Of a DNA stretch of 64,000 nt, positions 57,238 through 64,000 are shown one piece after another. Both the position numbers and the translations under genes were made by a program. The notes below the pieces were generated by a model. That model worked only from the letters and a program-made list of their open reading frames with translations, was not told the DNA's origin and did not search any database. How positions within the stretch are numbered: position 1 is the first letter of the stretch; each line of letters begins with the position of its first letter. Source of the DNA: an uncultured Candidatus Saccharibacteria bacterium (lineage in GTDB: Bacteria; Patescibacteriota; Minisyncoccia; Phycocordibacterales; UBA918); the NCBI GenBank assembly GCA_964425625.1, contig CAYRMI010000005.1, forward strand, positions 79 through 64,078, given 5' to 3'.

Positions 57238-59757
57238 ATGACATTTCTAGATAAATTTTTTGGCCCAACTTACGAAAAAGAATTGAAAGCTATTAAGCCG
57301 TTAATAGCAAAAATCAACGAACAAGAAGAGGTTTTTTCGGCTCTTTCGGCGGAAGATATTATAGCCAAAGTAACGGCGCTAAGAGCTGAGGTAGTAAGTG
57401 GTAAGTCACTCGATGAGGTTTTGGTGGAGATGTTTGCTCTCACTCGTGAAGCAGCCAAACGCACCCTTGGGCTAAGGCATTATGATGTACAACTAATCGG
57501 TGGCGTTATCTTGCATCGAGGCAAGATTACAGAAATGCGTACGGGAGAAGGTAAGACATTAGTGGGAACCCTACCCGCTTCACTCAATGCTCTCACTGGC
57601 AAGGGTGTGCATGTGGTGACAGTCAACGACTATCTCTCGCGTCGTGATGCGGTGTGGATGGGACAAATTTATTCAGCCCTTGGACTTTCGGTTGGAGTGG
57701 TCAATCATGACGCTTCATTTTTATATGATCCAAATCATGCCGAGGCCGATACTGTGCGCGATGAGGTTGGTTCCTACAAGGTCGTCTACGACTTTTTGCG
57801 TCCTTGTACTAGACAAGAAGCCTATGCCGCCGATATTACTTATGGTACCAACAGTGAGTTTGGTTTTGACTATCTGCGCGACAATATTGAATACAACAAA
57901 GAAAATTTACGACAACGCACCTATGCTTACGCCATTGTTGACGAAATCGATTCGATTCTAATCGATGAAGCGCGTACTCCACTGATTATCTCCGCTCCGT
58001 CTAACGATTCGGAAGACCTTTATGGTCAGTTTGCTGAAATAGCTCGCCAACTAAAGCCTGAGGAGCACTATACGATGGATGAAAAACTAAAGAGTATTGC
58101 TCTAACCAACGCCGGTATTGAAACCGCGGAAAAGATTTTGGGTGTAGAAAACATTTATACCGATAAGGGGATCAAGTATGTACACCACCTAGAGACCGCT
58201 GTACGGGCCAAGGCGCTGTTTACGTGCGATAAGGAGTACGTAGTGCGTGATGGCGAAGTTGTCATCGTAGATGAGTTTACTGGTCGTTTACAGCCGGGTC
58301 GCCGTTGGTCTGAAGGTTTGCACCAAGCGGTCGAGGCTAAAGAAGGGGTAGCTATCCAGCGCGAAAGTAAAACCTTTGCTTCAATTACCTACCAAAACTA
58401 CTTCCGCATGTACGATAAGCTTTCGGGTATGACCGGTACGGCTCTTACCAGCCAGGAAGAATTTTTTACCGTCTACAACCTCGAAGTTATTCCAATTCCG
58501 ACCAACCGACCGATTGCCCGTCTTGATCATACTGACCTTATCTACCAAAACGAAAAGGGTAAATTTGCCGCGATTATTGCCAAAGTCAAAGCGGTGCATG
58601 AAAAAGGCCAGCCAATTTTGATTGGTACAGCTTCAATTGAAAGCAACGAAAGGCTATCGATTGCGCTGACCTCCTCTGGCGTACCACACACGATGCTCAA
58701 CGCCAAAAACCATGAGCGGGAAGGGGAAATTATTGCTGCCGCTGGACGGATTGGGGCAGTGACTTTAGCCACCAACATGGCCGGTCGCGGGGTTGATATT
58801 AAGCTCGGCGGACCAGAAGCCACCCCGGAGATGGTAGATAAAGTGAGAGAGCTCGGAGGTTTGTTTGTGCTTGGTACCGAGCGCCACGAGGCGCGTCGGA
58901 TCGACAATCAGCTTCGTGGTCGTGCTGGTCGCCAGGGTGATCCGGGCGAGACACAGTTTTATGTGTCGATGGATGACTCACTGATGCGTGTCTTTGGTGG
59001 TGATAGGGTAAAGGGCTTGATGGGTACTTTCAAGATTCCCGAAGACCAGCCGATTGAGATGAAGATGCTCTCCAATACTCTAGAAGGGGCCCAGACGAGA
59101 ATAGAAGGCTTCCATTTTGACTCACGTAAGCAAATTCTCGCCTATGACGATATTCTCAACTTACAACGAAAAATCGTCTATGCCCGTCGACACAAGCTCC
59201 TTATTGAAGATCGAGATGAAGGGGCTCTCATGATGGCCGAGGTAGAGGCCGTCGCCCCTGATGGTGGAGCAGCTTTCTCGGCTAAGCGAGCCGAACTAGG
59301 CGAGGAGGTGTTTTACAATCTCTTCCGACGCTTTGCTTTACAGATGATAGATACACTCTGGGTAGAGCACCTAGAAGTCATGAGCTATACTCGCAACAGT
59401 GTAAACCTGCGTGCTTACGGCCAGCGCGATCCACTAATCGAATATCGCAAAGAGGGAACGCGACTCTTTAAGGAGATGCAGGTCGTGGTACTAGATCGTA
59501 TCAACGATATTATTCCTCGCCTCCAGCCAATCTTGGTAGAAAGAGAAGAGGCGGAAATGAAAAAGGAAGCCGAGGCTGCTCAAGCAGCGGCCGGTGCCGA
59601 CAAAGCCGAAGCGAAGGCCCAAGGTCCTGCCAAAGCCACCAATACTCCAGGCCGCAATGACCTAGTGACCATCAGCAATGGTACAGACACCAAGACCTTA
59701 AAGTACAAAAAAGCCGAGCCTCTACTTTCTACTGGCTACAAAATAATTGCCAACTAA
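57238..59757 (+). CDS. secA: Preprotein translocase ATPase SecA (start ATG 57238)
   Basis: MRTGEGKT, VTVNDYL, DEIDSILIDEARTPLIIS, ATNMAGRG, QLRGRAGRQGDPG. Confidence 0.97.
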   Translation: MTFLDKFFGPTYEKELKAIKPLIAKINEQEEVFSALSAEDIIAKVTALRAEVVSGKSLDEVLVEMFALTREAAKRTLGLRHYDVQLIGGVILHRGKITEMRTGEGKTLVGTLPASLNALTGKGVHVVTVNDYLSRRDAVWMGQIYSALGLSVGVVNHDASFLYDPNHAEADTVRDEVGSYKVVYDFLRPCTRQEAYAADITYGTNSEFGFDYLRDNIEYNKENLRQRTYAYAIVDEIDSILIDEARTPLIISAPSNDSEDLYGQFAEIARQLKPEEHYTMDEKLKSIALTNAGIETAEKILGVENIYTDKGIKYVHHLETAVRAKALFTCDKEYVVRDGEVVIVDEFTGRLQPGRRWSEGLHQAVEAKEGVAIQRESKTFASITYQNYFRMYDKLSGMTGTALTSQEEFFTVYNLEVIPIPTNRPIARLDHTDLIYQNEKGKFAAIIAKVKAVHEKGQPILIGTASIESNERLSIALTSSGVPHTMLNAKNHEREGEIIAAAGRIGAVTLATNMAGRGVDIKLGGPEATPEMVDKVRELGGLFVLGTERHEARRIDNQLRGRAGRQGDPGETQFYVSMDDSLMRVFGGDRVKGLMGTFKIPEDQPIEMKMLSNTLEGAQTRIEGFHFDSRKQILAYDDILNLQRKIVYARRHKLLIEDRDEGALMMAEVEAVAPDGGAAFSAKRAELGEEVFYNLFRRFALQMIDTLWVEHLEVMSYTRNSVNLRAYGQRDPLIEYRKEGTRLFKEMQVVVLDRINDIIPRLQPILVEREEAEMKKEAEAAQAAAGADKAEAKAQGPAKATNTPGRNDLVTISNGTDTKTLKYKKAEPLLSTGYKIIAN

Positions 59758-59783
59758 GGTATTCAGGTAGATAATAATCAGGT

Positions 59784-60116
59784 ATGAATCTTTTAGCTAA
59801 GTTGTTGTTGACGGCCCTGACGCTTTTGGTAGTAGCTACCTACGTGCCGGGGATTAGTATTGATGGACTATACACAGCCCTCATCGCGGCTGTAATTATT
59901 GGTCTACTAAACCTTTTTGTGCGCCCGATTCTGCTTATTCTCACTTTTCCGATCACTGTCCTGACCGTCGGTTTATTTATTTTGGTTATCAATGCCTCCT
60001 TGTTTCTATTTGCCGCATCATTTATCGATGGTTTTACCGTCACTGGCTTTTGGCCAGCGCTAGTGGGATCGCTTATCGTTACGATCGTCAGCACCATTGG
60101 CAATCGTTACCTCTAG
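59784..60116 (+). CDS. Phage holin family 4 (YvlD-like) membrane protein
   Basis: GLLNLFVRPIL..LTFP..LT.GLF..VINA. Confidence 0.85.
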   Translation: MNLLAKLLLTALTLLVVATYVPGISIDGLYTALIAAVIIGLLNLFVRPILLILTFPITVLTVGLFILVINASLFLFAASFIDGFTVTGFWPALVGSLIVTIVSTIGNRYL

Positions 60117-60141
60117 AGAGGAGATATAACTATATATAAAA

Positions 60142-60201
60142 AGCCAAATCGGCCAGCTAAAAACCGTCTTAAAAGACGTTTTTTAGCTGGCCGATTTGGC
60201 T
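60142..60201. terminator. Long near-perfect hairpin
   Basis: AGCCAAATCGGCCAGCTAAAAA...TTTTTAGCTGGCCGATTTGGCT. Confidence 0.6.
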
Positions 60202-60496
60202 ACGTCAAGACTAAGGGGAAGGAGCTCAGTGACTTGGTTAGAGGAGCTTAGGGTAGCTATGCTAAAAGAGCATAGCGCACCAGACCAAGTCTAGGACGAA
60301 AACGGATGGGTTTCGCCTGCTTATGCAGTAGACAGACAGCTATGGAGATGAGTACAAAAGTAAAAGTCGTTACCTCCTGCGCCAACTGTCAAACAAAAAT
60401 GACAATCCAAATTATTGCTACATTCAAATTACTTTACGCGTAATTTTTTAGTCGATAGTCTGTACTTTATCGTCCCTTCATGGTATCACTGTAGCC

Positions 60497-61471
60497 ATGT
60501 TTGTTGATTCAATTACCCTACATATAAATGCCGGCGATGGAGGTAACGGAGTTACCCGCTGGCGTCATGAAAAATTTCGACCGATGGCTGGACCAGCCGG
60601 AGGTAACGGTGGTCGCGGTGGCGACGTTTTTTTGCGTGCAGTGCGAGATGTAAATCTCCTAGCCAAGTATACCGGCGACAAGCACTTTGAGGCCGAGCGG
60701 GGAGAGGATGGTATGGGCGGAAGTAAGTTTGGCAAAAACGGTGAGGACTTGATTATCGACGTACCAGTTGGATCCTTGGTGACCGACGTCGCTCGTGAGC
60801 GAAACTACGAACTTCTTCAAGAGGGTGAGCTAGTAAAAATTCTCAAAGGTGGTAGTGGCGGAATTGGTAACGAGCAATTCAAGACAGCAGTCAATCGTTC
60901 GCCAGAAGAATCCACCCTGGGCCGTAGAGGTGAAGAAGGGGAGTTTCAGATTGAGCTGTCGCTGGTGGTTGATGTCGGTTTGGTTGGTCAGCCCAACGCC
61001 GGCAAATCAACTCTGCTAAATTCTCTCACCAATGCTCACGCCAAAGTTGGTGCCTACCCATTCACCACGCTAGAGCCACACCTAGGCGACCTCTATGGCT
61101 ACACACTAGCCGATATCCCGGGTCTGATTAGTGGAGCATCAGAAGGTAAGGGGCTCGGACATACCTTTTTGCGACATATTTCACGTACCAAAATGATCCT
61201 CCATCTGGTCTCACTGGAGACCGAGGACGCGCTTGAGCGCTATTATACCATTCGAGAGGAGCTGTCTGCCTATGCAAAAGAGCTAGCCGACAAGGAAGAG
61301 TGGATTATTTTTACTAAATCTGACCTTGCTAATAAAGACTATATAGAAGCAGTTGTAAAAGAGGTTGACAAAAATGAGAAGCGTGTGTTTGTAATCTCCT
61401 CAGAAGCCGGGGAAGGAGTCAAAGAACTACGTGATGCGCTTGTGCGACACCTCAGAGAAACTGTAGAATAA
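60497..61471 (+). CDS. obgE: GTPase ObgE (no C-terminal OCT domain)
   Basis: Gly-rich Obg fold, GQPNAGKST, YPFTT, DIPG, TKSD. Confidence 0.95.
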   Translation: MFVDSITLHINAGDGGNGVTRWRHEKFRPMAGPAGGNGGRGGDVFLRAVRDVNLLAKYTGDKHFEAERGEDGMGGSKFGKNGEDLIIDVPVGSLVTDVARERNYELLQEGELVKILKGGSGGIGNEQFKTAVNRSPEESTLGRRGEEGEFQIELSLVVDVGLVGQPNAGKSTLLNSLTNAHAKVGAYPFTTLEPHLGDLYGYTLADIPGLISGASEGKGLGHTFLRHISRTKMILHLVSLETEDALERYYTIREELSAYAKELADKEEWIIFTKSDLANKDYIEAVVKEVDKNEKRVFVISSEAGEGVKELRDALVRHLRETVE

Positions 61472-61641
61472 GGCTCCTTGTAGTGCTGTAAATCATCACT
61501 ATGGGTAAGAAAATTTTAGAGTAGATATATAAGACGGAAATTAGCTAAAAAGGGAAGGGTATTTTTTCCACTTCTAGCTACAAATTTACTCCCAAAAAAT
61601 TAGTAGCTTATTTTTTATAAATTAATCGGTAGGATAGATAT

Positions 61642-63066
61642 ATGAGTAAGACGTACACAGCCACCATTGGACTTGAAGTCCATGCTGAACTAAACACCAA
61701 GAGCAAGATGTTTTGCCGTTGCAAAAATGATCCTCACGACGGGGAGCCAAACTCATACATCTGTCCGGTTTGCTTAGCTCATCCTGGCACTCTGCCGGTA
61801 CCAAACGAAGAGGCGATTGCCATGGTCCTGCTTTTTGGTCAGGCAGTGGGAGCAAAGACGGCCGATTTTTCAGAATTTGATCGAAAGAATTATTTTTACC
61901 CGGACATCCCCAAAGCCTACCAAATCAGTCAGTATGCTTTTCCTTTCCTGACTGGCGGTGAACTCAAAGGGGTAGAACTTACCCGAGTTCATCTGGAAGA
62001 AGATACTGCCCGTAGTCAGCATGAGCATGATGGGGTGAGTCTAGTAGATTTCAACCGGGCCGGGGTTCCTCTGATGGAGCTTGTGACCGAGCCAGTCATT
62101 CATGACGCCAAGACCGCTGGTGAGTTTGCCCGAGAGCTACAGCTACTTTTAAAGACGCTCAAGATTTCAAACGCCCAGATGGAGCGGGGAGAGATGCGCG
62201 TGGAAGCCAACATCTCAGTCAGTTTGACCAAGGAGCTCGGTACCAAGGTAGAGGTAAAGAATCTTAACTCCTTCCGCTCAGTAGAGAGTGCTATTGAATA
62301 CGAGATAAAGCGTCATATCGAGGTGCTAGAACAAGGGGGTACTATTAGCCAAGAAACTCGCGGTTGGGATGAGGTAAGACTAAAGACTTTTGTCCAACGG
62401 AGCAAAGAGACCGCCAAGGACTATCGCTACTTCCCAGACCCAGACATACCAAAGCTAAAAGTCAGTGAACATAAGTATTTTAGTGCATCTCGTCTGTCCG
62501 AGATAATGCCTCTACTGCCTCAAGAAATGCGCCAGAAATATGAAGATATCGGATTACCGAACTCCCAGATAGAGGTCATCATTGGACAAGAATTTCTAGC
62601 TAAAATGTTTGCTGAACTAGTCCAAAATCCCGACCTAAAAAACGATAATGACCTGCTCAAGTTGGCTGCCAACTACTTGACCTCTGATTTGTTGGCTTTG
62701 CTAACTTCGGGTAAGTTACTAGCTTTGTCGTCGACCAACTTTGCTAAGCTCATGGGGATGGTTGGGGCTGGAAAAATTAACTCCCGCATTGCCAAAGACT
62801 TGTTGATTGAGTTGTTTGCTAGTGACGAAGATCCAGAACAATTAGCCAAGACTCGTGGGCTACTCCAGTCTTCTGATCCAGAAGCGATTAAGACTTTAGT
62901 GGCTGAAGTAATAGCCGAGCACAGTACTGTTGTTGGAGAATATCTAGCTGGCAAGGAGGCTTCGTTGCAGTTTTTGGTTGGGCAAGGTATGAAGAAGAGT
63001 CGCGGTACTGCCAACCCAGGTATGCTAGCTGAGCATCTTAGGGCCACTATCTACCAAACGAGATAA
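61642..63066 (+). CDS. gatB: Asp/Glu-tRNA amidotransferase subunit B
   Basis: IGLEVH, FDRKNYFYPD, HLEED, DFNRAGVPL, YRYFPDPD. Confidence 0.96.
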   Translation: MSKTYTATIGLEVHAELNTKSKMFCRCKNDPHDGEPNSYICPVCLAHPGTLPVPNEEAIAMVLLFGQAVGAKTADFSEFDRKNYFYPDIPKAYQISQYAFPFLTGGELKGVELTRVHLEEDTARSQHEHDGVSLVDFNRAGVPLMELVTEPVIHDAKTAGEFARELQLLLKTLKISNAQMERGEMRVEANISVSLTKELGTKVEVKNLNSFRSVESAIEYEIKRHIEVLEQGGTISQETRGWDEVRLKTFVQRSKETAKDYRYFPDPDIPKLKVSEHKYFSASRLSEIMPLLPQEMRQKYEDIGLPNSQIEVIIGQEFLAKMFAELVQNPDLKNDNDLLKLAANYLTSDLLALLTSGKLLALSSTNFAKLMGMVGAGKINSRIAKDLLIELFASDEDPEQLAKTRGLLQSSDPEAIKTLVAEVIAEHSTVVGEYLAGKEASLQFLVGQGMKKSRGTANPGMLAEHLRATIYQTR

Positions 63067-63138
63067 TCATAGTTATAAACATACCAAAGCAAAGGGCACT
63101 CTACAGCGGAGTGTTTTTTGCTATACTCTGAGGTAGGT

Positions 63139-64000
63139 ATGGAGGTAATTTCTATCGATGGCACAGAGTACGTCAGGGCATCTACAATTGCCAAGCGTTT
63201 TAAATATACCAGTGATTATGTTGGACAGCTTTGTCGTGGAAGTAAGGTAGAAGCCAAGCTAGTTGGACGCACCTGGTATGTCAATCCGGTTTCTTTGGAG
63301 GAGCACAAAAATAATCGCTACGAAAAAATTGCCTCATCTAGTCAAGGCGATAAAATAATGATAAACAAGCCTCAATTGGCAGTATCTCGGCAAAACGTGG
63401 AACCGGTATTGCGCAAAGAGACAGTCAAAGGTCTGAGTCATCAGGATAGGACGGCTGGAGAGGCACGCTTTTTGAAGCGTATTGTTTGGCAACCGACTAA
63501 GTACGAGGCAGACACTTCCGAGCTTATGCCACCTCTGCGCGCTGTTCGTGAGCCAGCGGAAATTAAAGTCGAGATAGCCGAAGCAACCAAGGTAAAAATA
63601 AAAGACACTAGCAAAGCTATCGATCTTGAGACGGAGCCTTTACCGGAAGTTTCTCTTTCTGGTGGTTTAAAAGTCTCATCACTCGATGAAATTTACGACG
63701 ATAGCCCTGAAAATCTAGCTTTAACTGATATTTTTGGACCAGAAGAAGGAAAGATAAACCATGTTTTAATTAAGAACGAAGAAAAGTCGGTACAAGTAAA
63801 GTCAGCCCCTTTCTCTGATGGTAAGAGATTTGTCGATAGGCTGGTGGCAAAAGTAGAACCTAGCGAATTAACCAAGCCAACTAAGCCTGAAACCAAGGAT
63901 ATCGACGAGAAATATACCTACCCCGTAAAGATTAAGGCCTCTAAGTCAGAGCTCTCGCTTCAGGTGCCATCTTTTACGCCGGCGCGAGTAAGAGCAACGT
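63139..64000 (+). CDS. Partial ORF with N-terminal HTH-like motif, runs off window
   Basis: MEVISIDGTEYVRASTIAKRFKYTSDYVGQLCRGSKVEAKLVGRTWYV read manually; TATACT upstream. Confidence 0.75.
   Translation, partial: MEVISIDGTEYVRASTIAKRFKYTSDYVGQLCRGSKVEAKLVGRTWYVNPVSLEEHKNNRYEKIASSSQGDKIMINKPQLAVSRQNVEPVLRKETVKGLSHQDRTAGEARFLKRIVWQPTKYEADTSELMPPLRAVREPAEIKVEIAEATKVKIKDTSKAIDLETEPLPEVSLSGGLKVSSLDEIYDDSPENLALTDIFGPEEGKINHVLIKNEEKSVQVKSAPFSDGKRFVDRLVAKVEPSELTKPTKPETKDIDEKYTYPVKIKASKSELSLQVPSFTPARVRAT

Noticed and set aside
59784-60116. Holin as evidence of a prophage
   Set aside because: YvlD-like family is chromosomal; no phage genes around it.
4091-63896. Numerous 60-150 aa track ORFs overlapping annotated genes
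   Set aside because: Alternate-frame or antisense shadows of well-supported CDSs.

Overview
Chromosomal segment most consistent with a Patescibacteria/CPR (Parcubacteria-like) bacterium, judged from its divergent 16S and typical CPR gene families. It contains the 3' ~1.2 kb of a 16S rRNA gene with a degenerate anti-Shine-Dalgarno tail and no linked 23S, tRNA-Ile(GAT), cell-wall and housekeeping genes (murD, murC, rsmI, murB, secA, obgE, gatB), and a REP-flanked RAYT-like transposase. It also contains a ~35 kb surface-glycan region (galE, glycosyltransferases, many methyltransferases, WavE, rfbAB, wzx, fcl, gmd, Wzy/O-antigen ligase) interleaved with toxin-antitoxin/defence modules. The best candidate for an undescribed system is a ~55-nt hairpin present in 4 copies. 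Two copies overlap the stop codons of two NYN (PIN-fold) RNase genes and two are orphans. Each copy has a promoter-like element firing antisense into it, suggesting an NYN RNase/small-RNA module. Other highlights: leaderless-type core genes versus strongly SD-led ORFan cassettes; a frameshifted HEPN-like gene paired with a small basic protein; and nested gene-3'-end relics recording cassette turnover. All calls are by eye; no database searches were run.
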